Shown: positions 29,975-39,882 of the stretch, piece by piece
Position numbering within the stretch: the stretch's first letter is position 1
Layout of the letters: each line of letters starts with the position of its first letter
Origin: an uncultured Candidatus Actinomarina sp.
Lineage (GTDB): Bacteria; Actinomycetota; Acidimicrobiia; Actinomarinales; Actinomarinaceae
Length of the DNA: 64,000 nucleotides
Assembly: GCA_902526825.1 (NCBI GenBank)
Contig: CABZMN010000005.1
Location: 5,032 to 69,031 of the forward strand
Reading direction: 5' to 3'
Position numbers and translations under genes: made by a program
Notes under the pieces: model-generated
What the model saw: the letters and a program-made list of their open reading frames with translations, nothing else
Database searches by the model: none
Told to the model about the DNA's origin: nothing

Positions 29975-30530
29975 CGTCCTTTAGAAAACTTCTTAACCAA
30001 TCTAAATAAACTTTATCATTGGTTAATTCTGGATGAAAAGAGAGACCAACAATATTATTTTCTATTACGCCGACAACTTCATTTTCAATTGTTGCTATCG
30101 GTGTAACTGAATCTTCATAAGACAGAATTTTAGGAGCTCTTATGAAACAATACATTTCTTTATTACCTAGTAAGTTAACGAGTCCCTCAAATGATTGATT
30201 TTGACGCCCGTATGCATTTCTTTCAACTACTGTATTTAAAACTCCCAATGAGGTTTCGCCATCAATTACGTCTTTTGCTAATAGAATTAATCCAGCACAT
30301 GTTCCTAATGTTGGAATACCACTTTCTATTAATTTCTTTATTGCAGAAAATAAATTATTGTTTTTTTGAATTTTTATCATGGATGTAGATTCTCCGCCTG
30401 GAAGAATTAAGGAATTAACATTAGATAGATCTGAAGTATCTTTAATTAAAACGTAATCTTGATCTATAAATTCTAAAGATTGTACATGATCATAAAAAGA
30501 ACCTTGAAGTGCTAAAACACCAGTTTTCAT
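29952..30530 (-). CDS. pdxT: pyridoxal 5'-phosphate synthase glutaminase subunit PdxT
   Basis: [12 protein letters not shown]..., catalytic GTCAG and FHPE. ATG at 30530 forms a TAATG overlap with the pdxS stop. The track uses a TTG start 6 nt upstream. Confidence 0.9.
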   Translation of the reverse strand: MKTGVLALQGSFYDHVQSLEFIDQDYVLIKDTSDLSNVNSLILPGGESTSMIKIQKNNNLFSAIKKLIESGIPTLGTCAGLILLAKDVIDGETSLGVLNTVVERNAYGRQNQSFEGLVNLLGNKEMYCFIRAPKILSYEDSVTPIATIENEVVGVIENNIVGLSFHPELTNDKVYLDWLRSFLKDGVNVRSL

Positions 30531-31414
30531 TACCAACCTCTTTTAGCTAATTTCTCCGCTTCATCTAAATCATCTATATTTATTCCTACCATTGGTTCAC
30601 CAAGGTTTTTAGAAACTTCTATGAGTTTTTCTGGATCGTTGTAGTTTGTTGTTGCAATTACAATTGCTTCTGCTCTTTCTTTTGGATCACCGCTTTTAAA
30701 AATTCCTGATCCAACAAATACACCATCGCAACCGAGTTGCATCATCAATGCAGCATCAGCTGGTGTTGCTATACCTCCAGCAGCAAAATTAACTACTGGA
30801 AGTTTACCAAGCTCATGAATCTCTTTAACAACATCAAATGGTGCCTTTATTTCTTTTGCCAATGACATCAATTCATTTTGATCAGATGTTTTAATTTTAT
30901 TTATACCATCAGTCATACTTCTCATATGTTTTACGGCTTCAATAACGTTCCCAGTACCAGCTTCTCCTTTAGTTCGAATCATAGCTGCACCCTCGCCAAT
31001 TCTTCTGCATGCTTCACCTATGTCGGTTGCACCATTAACAAATGGAGTCTTTATATCATGTTTATATATATGATTTTTATCATCAGCTGGTGTTAATACT
31101 TCACTTTCATCAATAAAATCAATCCCTAGGGATTCTAACATTTGCGCTTCAACAAAATGACCAATACGAGCTTTTGCCATAACTGGTATTGAAACTGAAT
31201 CTATAACTTCTTGAATTGTTTCAACTGATGACATTCTTGCAACACCACCTTCTGCACGAATATCAGCGGGTATTCTCTCTAATGCCATAACAGCTACTGC
31301 ACCTGATTTTTCTGCTACAACTGCTTGTTCTGCATTGACGACGTCCATTATTACGCCACCTTTTAACATTTCAGCTAAACCTTTTTTTATTTTAAAAGTT
31401 GATTCGATTTTCAT
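30530..31414 (-). CDS. pdxS: pyridoxal 5'-phosphate synthase lyase subunit PdxS
   Basis: 294 aa with [36 protein letters not shown] and FVGSGIFKS. Confidence 0.96.
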   Translation of the reverse strand: MKIESTFKIKKGLAEMLKGGVIMDVVNAEQAVVAEKSGAVAVMALERIPADIRAEGGVARMSSVETIQEVIDSVSIPVMAKARIGHFVEAQMLESLGIDFIDESEVLTPADDKNHIYKHDIKTPFVNGATDIGEACRRIGEGAAMIRTKGEAGTGNVIEAVKHMRSMTDGINKIKTSDQNELMSLAKEIKAPFDVVKEIHELGKLPVVNFAAGGIATPADAALMMQLGCDGVFVGSGIFKSGDPKERAEAIVIATTNYNDPEKLIEVSKNLGEPMVGINIDDLDEAEKLAKRGW

Positions 31415-31428
31415 ATATTTAATATTAA

Positions 31429-32415
31429 CTACAAATTGTTATAGACATAAATCCAATCATCTAATACTTTTTGTAAATTGTAATTTTTATTTATATGGTC
31501 GTATTGTTTATTCCATATTTTGTCTAAATCTGCATTATTTAATTTATTTAATACGTTCAGTAATGATTTGAGATTATCTGTCTTAAAATAGATACCACTA
31601 TCCCCTAAAAGATCGATAAACGCAGTTAAATTCGAACAAATTGCAATATTACCAGCATTTATAGCTTCTAATATTGTTATACCAAAGCTTTCAGAATGTG
31701 TTTGTGGTGCGATATAAAAACCAACATTTTTAATAATTGAATTTTTCTCATCATCTGAAATATCAATTAGAAAGTTTATTAAACCGTCCTTTGAAGTTTT
31801 ATTTGTTATTGCAATAAACTCTCTTGTCTCATCTATAGTCTTTGATAAATCTATGAACAATTTTAAGTTTTTTCTACTTTCATTTCTTCCTATGAATAGA
31901 AAATTATTATTTGGAATAAAAGAAATATTTTCATTTATATCAATGAAATTCGGAATTACTCTTGTTTTTTTTGATAACGTTAAAGCGTTAGCTTTTGCCT
32001 CATCACTTACAGCAGTAGAATAAAAATTTTTATTTTTTAAAGTTAAGTACAATAATTTAAGTCCAATAAATATAAACTTACTTATTTTTGCATGGTGTGT
32101 AACAACAATCCTTTTTGATGTTTTTAATCTCCATAAAAATAAAGGTATAAATGGTTCATGTATATGAACAATATCTGCCCATTCCGTTGCTTCATTTAAA
32201 ACTTCTTTATCAGGTATAAGTGATATTGGATTGTTTGAACCATTGAAAGGAATTTTGAATGATTTACCAATGTTATAATCAGATGAATCTGGAGCTAATA
32301 TACGAACATTAAAATTAGAGCTATCCAAGCCATACTTAAAAAGATTAACTTGATTTTGTACCCCACCATAAAAATTAACGTTATATGGTGAAACTAATAA
32401 TAAATTAGTACTCAC
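31429..32415 (-). CDS. pimA: GT4 glycosyltransferase, PimA-like (phosphatidylinositol mannosyltransferase)
   Basis: 328 aa. N-terminal [15 protein letters not shown] and C-terminal [24 protein letters not shown] motif. Conserved position after the PIM acyltransferase gene. Confidence 0.65.
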   Translation of the reverse strand: MSTNLLLVSPYNVNFYGGVQNQVNLFKYGLDSSNFNVRILAPDSSDYNIGKSFKIPFNGSNNPISLIPDKEVLNEATEWADIVHIHEPFIPLFLWRLKTSKRIVVTHHAKISKFIFIGLKLLYLTLKNKNFYSTAVSDEAKANALTLSKKTRVIPNFIDINENISFIPNNNFLFIGRNESRKNLKLFIDLSKTIDETREFIAITNKTSKDGLINFLIDISDDEKNSIIKNVGFYIAPQTHSESFGITILEAINAGNIAICSNLTAFIDLLGDSGIYFKTDNLKSLLNVLNKLNNADLDKIWNKQYDHINKNYNLQKVLDDWIYVYNNL

Positions 32416-33271
32416 TTGTCCAAACGGGTTGAATTGAATGCCAATCGTTTATATCTAAGGCCAATAATTCTTCAAAACTTTTAGATAGAGTCTTTAAACC
32501 GTGTTGTATACTTGTTGCTTCATTTTCAAAATAAGGTACATAAAAGGGTTTGTTAAATCTTAACTTGTATCCACGTTTTGTTTTTATCATCGCAGTTGGG
32601 ATAATTGGTACCTCAGTTTTTAAAGAAAGTGCAACGGGACCTTTTGGAAATGCAGCAAGTTGACCAAAAAATTCAGTTGCAACACCTGATTTTTTGATAC
32701 TTCTCTCGGATAGAAGACAAATATCTTTACCTGATTTTAATTTATTAACAAGTAAATCAAATGTATTTTGACCTTTGCCTCCGATAATGATTTCTATCCC
32801 AAGTGATTCTCGTAATGATTTAAACCAATTTAACACATAACTGTTATTTAATGGTTCTGCTACTGCTAAAAGATTTAATTTTATTGAATTACCTATAGGG
32901 ATTGCAAATTCCCAATTACCAAGATGTGGAAGTGCGAATATTAAACCTGGATATTGTTTCTTTAACTTTTGAACATATTCTTGATTTTCGATTTCAACAT
33001 GGGGTGAAATATGTTTTGAAAAATTTTTATTTGTAAGCCATAAAGTTTCTAACCAATATCGTGTGTAATTAATTTTTACTATTAATGGTTTGTAATCTAT
33101 ATTGAAATTTTTAAATATTTCTTTTCGTTTAAATAGCTTTACTGACGATCTGAATGTCAAAAGAAAATAAAGAGTACCGATTGGGACAGACAATAGTCTA
33201 ATCAATGTATACGGTAAGATTTTTAATATCTTATGACTCAAACTAATAAAAAGATATTGTAAAATTTTCAT
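32405..33271 (-). CDS. LpxL/HtrB-family lipid acyltransferase (PIM acyltransferase-like)
   Basis: 288 aa. N-terminal TM segment and the HX4(D/E) motif as PHLGNWEF. Lies between pgsA and pimA as in Mycobacterium (Rv2611c position). Confidence 0.7.
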   Translation of the reverse strand: MKILQYLFISLSHKILKILPYTLIRLLSVPIGTLYFLLTFRSSVKLFKRKEIFKNFNIDYKPLIVKINYTRYWLETLWLTNKNFSKHISPHVEIENQEYVQKLKKQYPGLIFALPHLGNWEFAIPIGNSIKLNLLAVAEPLNNSYVLNWFKSLRESLGIEIIIGGKGQNTFDLLVNKLKSGKDICLLSERSIKKSGVATEFFGQLAAFPKGPVALSLKTEVPIIPTAMIKTKRGYKLRFNKPFYVPYFENEATSIQHGLKTLSKSFEELLALDINDWHSIQPVWTSEY

Positions 33272-33840
33272 TTAAGATTCTTATATAGAATATTAAATCT
33301 TTGATAAACAGTAATCCACAAAATAAATGTGAAGATATAAATACTGTAAAAAGGCAAGTTAAAAAGCATGAATAGTACTCCAAAAATTACTCGTTCTGGA
33401 CGAGCAGCTACACCAACTTTGTTATCTATACCCAGCAACTCACCACGAGATCGTAAATACGGAATTAAATTTGACCCAGTAACAATTGATAATATAACAA
33501 ATAATTCAAAATCTGTTGAAGTAAACTTAATAGCAACTACGCTCCATATGAAAAGCTCACCAACTCTGTCAATAAAAGAATCAAGTAAAGCCCCTTTTTT
33601 TGAAATCATATTGGTTGTTCTTGCTAAAGGTCCATCTAAACCGTCTATGGCGCTACCAATAAAAATTGTTATGGCACCTATTGTTTTAGTATCATTTAAA
33701 AACAAATAACATCCAATAATTACTATCAATAATCCACAAGAAGATAGTACATTTGGCTTGATACCAAGTTTTATACAAATATTAATAAATGGAATGGCAA
33801 ATTTTTCAGAAGCAGATTTAAAATACTTTTCAAGCATCAA
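33268..33840 (-). CDS. pgsA: CDP-alcohol phosphatidyltransferase (phosphatidylinositol-phosphate synthase-like)
   Basis: 190 aa, polytopic. Signature DGLDGPLAR-x8-G-x3-D-x3-D, seen as AIDGLDGPLARTTNMISKKGALLDSFIDRVGE. Confidence 0.8.
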   Translation of the reverse strand: MMLEKYFKSASEKFAIPFINICIKLGIKPNVLSSCGLLIVIIGCYLFLNDTKTIGAITIFIGSAIDGLDGPLARTTNMISKKGALLDSFIDRVGELFIWSVVAIKFTSTDFELFVILSIVTGSNLIPYLRSRGELLGIDNKVGVAARPERVIFGVLFMLFNLPFYSIYIFTFILWITVYQRFNILYKNLK

Positions 33841-34321
33841 TTATTTCTTCAGTATATATATCACCTATAAGAACGAGATTGAAAGCATCAATTTCTAAGA
33901 TAGTTTTTAAAGTTGGAGGATTTTTATGATCATATACAATGACTGTCCAAACTGGATTTAAGAGTCTTAATTTGAATTTGAATTGAAATGTTAAAGCTAT
34001 GGAGTAATACCCTATTGAATGATTGATTTTATCTGTTAAAAATTCAAGAATTTCATTCTGATTTAAAGAGATTTTGTTATCAATAGCATATATAAAAATA
34101 CTTGTTATTCCCAAAATTATTGAGGATGGTAATAAATTACTTAAGTCTAATGTAAAGTTTAGACCTAAAGCAATTATGGATGATAATAAAACTAGATGTG
34201 CAAACTTTCTTCTTCTAAGAGGGTTAGGAATAACGTAGCTTCCTACTGCCAGAGAGTTTAAATCATCAGGCACGTTTTCTTTCTGAACGTCCTTTTCATC
34301 AATGTTTATGCCTTCAGCCAT
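33830..34321 (-). CDS. hypothetical membrane protein
   Basis: 163 aa. Acidic N-terminus and two TM segments (LVLLSSIIALGLNF, SSIILGITSIFIYAI). Start shares 1 nt with the thrS stop. No motif recognised. Confidence 0.5.
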   Translation of the reverse strand: MAEGINIDEKDVQKENVPDDLNSLAVGSYVIPNPLRRRKFAHLVLLSSIIALGLNFTLDLSNLLPSSIILGITSIFIYAIDNKISLNQNEILEFLTDKINHSIGYYSIALTFQFKFKLRLLNPVWTVIVYDHKNPPTLKTILEIDAFNLVLIGDIYTEEIIDA

Positions 34322-36249
34322 TATATTTTAAAAATCGGGGTCTTAAGATTAGCTTTAATTTGTTTAATAGCATCTTCATACTTCACATTTTGCTGGTTAT
34401 CTTGCGAACGTATATTTATAGCTAATGTATTTGATAATTCGTCTTTTTCTCCAACAATTAGAGTGATAGGAACTTTATCTTTTGATGCATCATGTAATTT
34501 TTCACCAAGTCGTAAATTTCGATCATCAACTTCATACCTAAAAGCTTTTAGTGATTTACTTATTTTTTTTAGATAATTTTTTACGTCACCAATAGTAAGT
34601 ACTTTTATCTGCACTGGTGATAACCATCCTGGAAATTCACCTGCATAATTTTCTATAAGAATTCCGGTAAATCTCTCAATAGATCCAAGTAATGCACGAT
34701 GGATCATGACTGGTTTCACCCTTTTATTATTACGGTCCACAAACTGTAGATCAAAATTGTCTGGTTGTGCAAAATCAACTTGAATTGTCGATAATTGCCA
34801 TCTCCTACCAATTGCATCTTTTACATGTAAATCAATCTTTGGACCGTAAAATGCACCTTCTCCATGTGCTGTTACATAAGAAATATTTTGATTCTCAAGT
34901 GCAGACTTAAGACTATTTGTTGCTTTCACCCAATCATCACTATTTCCGATTGACTTTTCAGGTCTTGTAGAAAGATCTGCTTCAATCGAGTCAAATCCAA
35001 AAGAATTCAATAGTTTTATTGAAAATGTTAATAAGTTAAGTATCTCTTCCTCAATTTGGTCTGTTGTACAAAATATATGAGCATCATCTTGTGTAAAACC
35101 TCTAGCTCTTAATAGACCATGCAAAACACCAGATTTTTCATATCTATATACTGAACCTAACTCAAAATATCTAAGAGGTAGCTCTTTGTACGACCGAATA
35201 TCACTCTTATATATAAGAATATGAAACGGACAATTCATCGGTTTGAGATAATACTCTTCATCGTTTTCATGATTCTTTAATGGAGGAAACATCCCCTCTT
35301 TGTAGTAATCTAAATGGCCGGATGTTTCCCATAAGACTGATCTACCAATATGTGGAGTGTAAGCATAGTCATAACCATTTTCAGAGTGTGCTTTTTTTGA
35401 GTAGTCTTCTATGATTTGCCTTAATATAGCTCCTTTTGGTTTCCACAAAAATTGTCCAGGACCAGTTTCTTCAGTACTAATAAATAAATCTAATTCGTTT
35501 CCTAATTTTCTATGATCACGCTTCTCAGCTTCTTCTTGTCTTTTTAAATAACTATCTAAATCATCTTTGGTAAACCAAGCTGTACCATAAATTCTTTGCA
35601 ACTGTGGATTTGTTTCTATACCTCTCCAATAAGCTCCGGCAAGCTTAGTTAATTTGAAATGATTTATTAAACTAGTATTTTGAACATGTGGACCTCTACA
35701 TAAATCATTAAATTTATCATTTGTATAAATTGAAATATTTTCTTCGGAAACACCTTCACTTTTGTCAGCTGAATTAATTAGTTCTTGTTTAAATGATTGT
35801 TTACTAAACATTTTATGTGCTTGATCTTTCGTAATTTCCTTTCTGACAAAATCTTGTTGAGATTTACTGATTCTTCTCATTTCGTTTTCAATTTTGATTA
35901 AGTCAGACTCTTTAATATTTTCTTTAAAGAGGAAATCGTAGTAAAAACCATCGTCAATGGATGGTCCAACTGCAAACTCAGTGCCTGGATAAAGATTTAA
36001 GACAGCTTGTGCCAATACATGTGCAGTTGAATGACGTAATGTATCAAGGGAATATTGATCATCTTTAGTAAAAACTTTACAAACTGAATCATTATCAATT
36101 ACAAATGAAAGGTCTCTCAATTCACCGTTAATTTCAATACAAATAGCATTTTTCGCAAGACTATTGCTAATTGATTTAGCTAAATCATGACCAGTGATAC
36201 TTGAATCATATTTTCTAACTGATTTATCAGGAAATGTTATATTTATCAT
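34321..36249 (-). CDS. thrS: threonine--tRNA ligase
   Basis: 642 aa. TGS domain, editing-site HSTAHVLAQAV, class II core (MNCPFH, YRYEKSG, FTQDDAHIF) and anticodon-binding domain. Confidence 0.96.
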   Translation of the reverse strand: MINITFPDKSVRKYDSSITGHDLAKSISNSLAKNAICIEINGELRDLSFVIDNDSVCKVFTKDDQYSLDTLRHSTAHVLAQAVLNLYPGTEFAVGPSIDDGFYYDFLFKENIKESDLIKIENEMRRISKSQQDFVRKEITKDQAHKMFSKQSFKQELINSADKSEGVSEENISIYTNDKFNDLCRGPHVQNTSLINHFKLTKLAGAYWRGIETNPQLQRIYGTAWFTKDDLDSYLKRQEEAEKRDHRKLGNELDLFISTEETGPGQFLWKPKGAILRQIIEDYSKKAHSENGYDYAYTPHIGRSVLWETSGHLDYYKEGMFPPLKNHENDEEYYLKPMNCPFHILIYKSDIRSYKELPLRYFELGSVYRYEKSGVLHGLLRARGFTQDDAHIFCTTDQIEEEILNLLTFSIKLLNSFGFDSIEADLSTRPEKSIGNSDDWVKATNSLKSALENQNISYVTAHGEGAFYGPKIDLHVKDAIGRRWQLSTIQVDFAQPDNFDLQFVDRNNKRVKPVMIHRALLGSIERFTGILIENYAGEFPGWLSPVQIKVLTIGDVKNYLKKISKSLKAFRYEVDDRNLRLGEKLHDASKDKVPITLIVGEKDELSNTLAINIRSQDNQQNVKYEDAIKQIKANLKTPIFKI

Positions 36250-36325
36250 TACTTTTGTATATTAATTATTTATTTATTCTACCTAAGAAACTATAAATTA
36301 ATTAAACATCTGTTTTAATAAATAT

Positions 36326-36892
36326 ATGAATAAAACTACAGATGTAATATTTGAACAAAACAAGATTGTAGTTTCTTTTAAAAAATTAATAAAAAACCAG
36401 ATTGTAAATCTTGAATTTATACCAATAAATCAATATCAGCTGACATGTAATAAAATAGTTATTGAAAATAAAGAGAAATCCACCAATATTAATTCAACAG
36501 ATTTAAGGAAAATAAATATCCACAATTTGGTAAAAACAAGTATTAAATTAATAGATAAAAATATTGATTTAGATAAAAAAACATATAAAAAAAGCTCACC
36601 GATTTACGATCCAATACTTAAATCAAAGGATTTAATAAAAAGAATAAATAAGAAGGAATACAATAAAAGATCAGATTTGTTAGCTATCTATTCTTTATTG
36701 TACTTAAACACTGAAAGAGAATATGGTGAAAATATATCAAGAAAAATTAGTGAGAAAATTATATATAAAGAATCTTATGTCAAAAATCTTACAAAAGAAT
36801 GTTTCACAAAAGGATATCTTAAAGGTTCAAAAAAAGGTTTAGCTGGAGGAATATTAACTAAAAAATCTTTAAAATTTCTTAATTCTCATTAA
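36326..36892 (+). CDS. hypothetical Lys/Asn-rich protein
   Basis: A 188-aa stop-free ORF is unlikely by chance in AT-rich DNA. No motif recognised. The C-terminal ~50 aa (GYLKGSKKGLAGGILTKKSLKFL) weakly resemble a winged-helix wing. Its 3' end overlaps the convergent PPIase gene by 14 nt. Confidence 0.5.
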   Translation: MNKTTDVIFEQNKIVVSFKKLIKNQIVNLEFIPINQYQLTCNKIVIENKEKSTNINSTDLRKINIHNLVKTSIKLIDKNIDLDKKTYKKSSPIYDPILKSKDLIKRINKKEYNKRSDLLAIYSLLYLNTEREYGENISRKISEKIIYKESYVKNLTKECFTKGYLKGSKKGLAGGILTKKSLKFLNSH

Positions 36893-37502
36893 TTTCAATC
36901 GAATTTATTACTATATCATCCAAAGGTTTATCAGAAGTATCTGTTTCAACACTTGCAATGGAATCAATAACATCAAACCCATCTGTTACCTTACCAAATA
37001 TTGTATATTGATACGGCAAAGGATAATCAGCATGCATTATGAAGAATTGACTACCGTTAGTATTAGGCCCCCGATTTGCCATTGCTAAAATTCCTTTCTC
37101 ATAAGGAATCGGATTATTCAGTTCATCTTCGAATTCATAACCTGGATACTTGCCCATTTGTCCATGTCCAGTACCACTAGGATCTCCACCCTGTATCATA
37201 AAATCCTTGATAACGCGATGAAATATAACATTGTTGAAATATCCATCCTGTGATAATGAAATAAAATTATTAACGGTATTAGGCGCAGTCTCAGTAAATA
37301 ACTCAATTATCATGTCACCAGAGGAAGTTTTTATTTCTGCTGTATATTGCTTACTAGTATCTATCGTAAATTCAGGTTTACTATCGTATGTTTTATCGTA
37401 TGTCATTATTGTCTCCTCTGTTTCAATCACACTATTCTCTTGAATACTTTCGTCATCACCACAAAAAGTAATTAACAAAAATAATATCAAGTACTTTTTC
37501 AT
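36879..37502 (-). CDS. peptidyl-prolyl cis-trans isomerase (cyclophilin type), probable lipoprotein
   Basis: 207 aa. Signal peptide with Cys (LLITFCGDD), FHRVIKDFMIQGGDP, GILAMANRGPNTNGSQFFI. Confidence 0.9.
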   Translation of the reverse strand: MKKYLILFLLITFCGDDESIQENSVIETEETIMTYDKTYDSKPEFTIDTSKQYTAEIKTSSGDMIIELFTETAPNTVNNFISLSQDGYFNNVIFHRVIKDFMIQGGDPSGTGHGQMGKYPGYEFEDELNNPIPYEKGILAMANRGPNTNGSQFFIMHADYPLPYQYTIFGKVTDGFDVIDSIASVETDTSDKPLDDIVINSIEINEN

Positions 37503-37891
37503 TATTTATCTATGTTAGTCAATCTTACAGTTGACCTTGCACACACTTCGTCATTATTACTTAGTATTGCTTCCCAAATCTGAGATCTTTTACCTAACTT
37601 AATTGGAGTAGCTTCACAAATAATCGTACCTTCAGTAACTGCTTTGATAAAGTCAGTATTGTTATTAACTCCAACCCATGTTCCTTCTTGGGTGTAGTAT
37701 GCAGCATAAGAAATTGAAGCTTCTGCCATAGTATCAATAACACCACCATGAACCATTCCCATTGGTTGTTTATGATAATCTTCAACGACTAAAGAACTCT
37801 TTATATAATTTTCACTAATCTCTAATATTTCATGATTTATGAAATCATCAAAAGTGCCTTCTAAAAAATTTTTATTTTCCATACTTCTCAA
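37502..37891 (-). CDS. PaaI-family hotdog-fold thioesterase
   Basis: 129 aa. GMVHGGVIDTMAEAS followed by the hotdog core (GKRSQIWEAIL). The likely start is MENKNF at 37882. Confidence 0.75.
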   Translation of the reverse strand: MRSMENKNFLEGTFDDFINHEILEISENYIKSSLVVEDYHKQPMGMVHGGVIDTMAEASISYAAYYTQEGTWVGVNNNTDFIKAVTEGTIICEATPIKLGKRSQIWEAILSNNDEVCARSTVRLTNIDK

Positions 37892-38450
37892 AAATCTTGT
37901 TTAATCTTTTTTCACCAGTACCGGATACAAACCACCAAATACCGATAGTAATAGTCACAATTAAAACAATAATAATTAAAACAAGAAAAGTGAAATTTAA
38001 AGATTTTGAATAAATTTGATAAATAGAATAAAAAAAAGTTCCAAGGCCATAACCTGTTATAAAAAATGTTACAAAACTAAACCATGTAAATCCTCTTCCT
38101 AATACTGCAACTACAATCTTTTTATCATTAATCGGAAAGAAGTAATCATTTTCAAGTTTATGTCCAATTAAAACATCTTCACCTAATTCATTATTTATTT
38201 TTAATTCAATGTATTCACTGTATTGTCTAGAAAATATCAAAAAATATGCATGAAAACTTAATAATACTGAACCGAATAGTGAAATTAATGGAAGTACATA
38301 TAGAGCGTAAATATTCTGTAATGAAATAAATATAAATACTGTATTTAATATAAATAATATTCTGACATCTAATAAAAATTGATCATGATAATACCTATTC
38401 ATTGACCTCATTCTTTTTAATTGATCTAGATAAACGGTTAATTTTTCCAT
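37872..38450 (-). CDS. hypothetical polytopic membrane protein
   Basis: 192 aa with about 4-5 hydrophobic segments. No motif recognised. Confidence 0.5.
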   Translation of the reverse strand: MEKLTVYLDQLKRMRSMNRYYHDQFLLDVRILFILNTVFIFISLQNIYALYVLPLISLFGSVLLSFHAYFLIFSRQYSEYIELKINNELGEDVLIGHKLENDYFFPINDKKIVVAVLGRGFTWFSFVTFFITGYGLGTFFYSIYQIYSKSLNFTFLVLIIIVLIVTITIGIWWFVSGTGEKRLNKIFEKYGK

Positions 38451-38840
38451 TTGTTAAAGTTTATATTGATAATGTTTAATATAAAATTTCCTATAGGAAT
38501 AATAATTCTTCTCATTATTACGGTGATAGTTAACGTTTTTTCGAATATAACTATTGAATATTTTGGTATTTCTTATGAAATTTTCAGAACCTATGAAGTT
38601 CAATGTGGAAATATATATGAAGTTATTAACACAGTAGATATTGCCGATTTTACCCAAGAAAAAAGAGTAAATTGGAAGTATTGCCAACAAAAAGCTTATA
38701 TAGTACTAATAACTTCTGGAATTAGCCTAATTTTTCTGGCTACTGTTTTGATCTTTTTGATATATTTATATAAGAATAAACCAAAACAAGAAGATTTAAC
38801 TGACTTATTATCAATACTAAAAAGGATGAATAAAAAATGA
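38451..38840 (+). CDS. hypothetical membrane protein
   Basis: The track ORF starts at TTG 38451. The first ATG is at 38472 (MFNIKFPIGIIILLIITVIV). Two TM segments flank a Cys-containing loop. The stop overlaps the start of the next gene (ATGA). Confidence 0.45.
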   Translation: MLKFILIMFNIKFPIGIIILLIITVIVNVFSNITIEYFGISYEIFRTYEVQCGNIYEVINTVDIADFTQEKRVNWKYCQQKAYIVLITSGISLIFLATVLIFLIYLYKNKPKQEDLTDLLSILKRMNKK

Positions 38841-39778
38841 AAATTGGAGCTATGGTACCACAAGGTTGGCGGATGGATTTAAATGGTATTAAACCAGAAA
38901 AACAATGGGATGCAATTCTTGAAGCATCAACAAAAATTGAAAAACTAAAATTTGAGTCTGTATGGGTTTATGATCATTTCCATACTGTACCGTCTCCAAC
39001 TCAAGATCCTACATTCGAATGTTGGTCATTAATGGCTGCATTGTCCCAAGTTACTAGTGAAGTAAGAATTGGACAGATGTGTACTTGTAATTCTTATAGA
39101 AATCCTGCATATTTAACTAAGGTAGCTTCAAGTATCGATGCTATGTCTGGAGGAAGATTAGAATTTGCAATCGGTGCTGGATGGTATGATCAAGAATATA
39201 AAGCATACGGATATGAGTACCCATCTGCTGGTGTTAGATTAAAAATGCTTGAAGAAGCACTACAAATCTATTTAGCTATGACTACTCAAGATAAAGCAAC
39301 TTTTGAAGGTGAGTACTATCAAATTAATCAAGCAATTAATCAACCTAAACCATTACAAAAACCATATCCTCCACTTTGGGTTTGTGGCGGTGGTGAAAAA
39401 GTAACTTTGAAATTATTGGCAAAATATGGTGACTATGGAAATTGGGATGTTGACGTAGATGGATTTATTCATAAATCTAAAATACTTAAAGAACACTGTA
39501 ATGTTCAACAACGTGAGTATTCGGAAATTAAAAAGACACTTCATACAAATGTCATTATTGGGGATAATCAAAAAGATTTAGATAACAAATTAAAAAAAAT
39601 TATCGAAATTACGGGTATACCAGAAGAAATGTATACCAGTAAACCACTTGTAGGAGTTAAAGAAAAAGTTTTTGAAACAATTGACGAATTTGAATCTGTT
39701 GAATGTGATTACCTTATTGCATACGTCCCAGATATAGTTTGGGGTGATACGTTAGATATTCTAAAAAATAAGCTCTAA
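38837..39778 (+). CDS. LLM-class (luciferase-like) F420-dependent oxidoreductase
   Basis: 313 aa. FESVWVYDHF, SIDAMSGGRLEFAIGAGW and PPLWVCGGGEK match the luciferase-like monooxygenase TIM-barrel pattern. Confidence 0.8.
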   Translation: MKIGAMVPQGWRMDLNGIKPEKQWDAILEASTKIEKLKFESVWVYDHFHTVPSPTQDPTFECWSLMAALSQVTSEVRIGQMCTCNSYRNPAYLTKVASSIDAMSGGRLEFAIGAGWYDQEYKAYGYEYPSAGVRLKMLEEALQIYLAMTTQDKATFEGEYYQINQAINQPKPLQKPYPPLWVCGGGEKVTLKLLAKYGDYGNWDVDVDGFIHKSKILKEHCNVQQREYSEIKKTLHTNVIIGDNQKDLDNKLKKIIEITGIPEEMYTSKPLVGVKEKVFETIDEFESVECDYLIAYVPDIVWGDTLDILKNKL

Positions 39779-39782
39779 AAAC

Positions 39783-39807
39783 GGAAGCCCCCAAAAAGGA
39801 GGCTTCC
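39783..39807. terminator. GC-rich intrinsic terminator hairpin between convergent genes
   Basis: GGAAGCCCCC-aaaaa-GGAGGCTTCC gives 9 of 10 pairs. On the minus strand it is followed by GUUUUUA. It is the only strongly GC-rich hairpin I saw in the window. Confidence 0.7.
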
Positions 39808-39882
39808 CAACAGGGCTGCGTATCACACTTAATTGAAACGCACTCTTAGGTTACCATGAACATTTATAAAAAGTAAAGTTAT

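Noticed and set aside
37872-38450. Checked whether the polytopic membrane proteins in the accessory region could be a rhodopsin or heliorhodopsin, which are common in marine actinobacteria.
   Set aside because: The protein is 192 aa with about 4-5 TM segments rather than seven. It has no retinal-binding Lys in a terminal helix.
38454-38690. A 78-aa minus-strand ORF overlapping the 5' half of 38451..38840.
   Set aside because: It is antisense to an ORF with clear TM segments, its peptide is Asn/Tyr/Ile-rich, and it has no coupling to neighbours. I kept the plus-strand ORF, but only at modest confidence.
39808-39882. A possible small RNA in the 75 nt between the GC-rich hairpin and the stop of 39883..41511, which is somewhat GC-richer than the surroundings.
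   Set aside because: Only a weak 5-bp stem (TGCGT/ACGCA) could be found, with no promoter-like element. It is most simply the 3' UTR of the minus-strand gene leading into the terminator.
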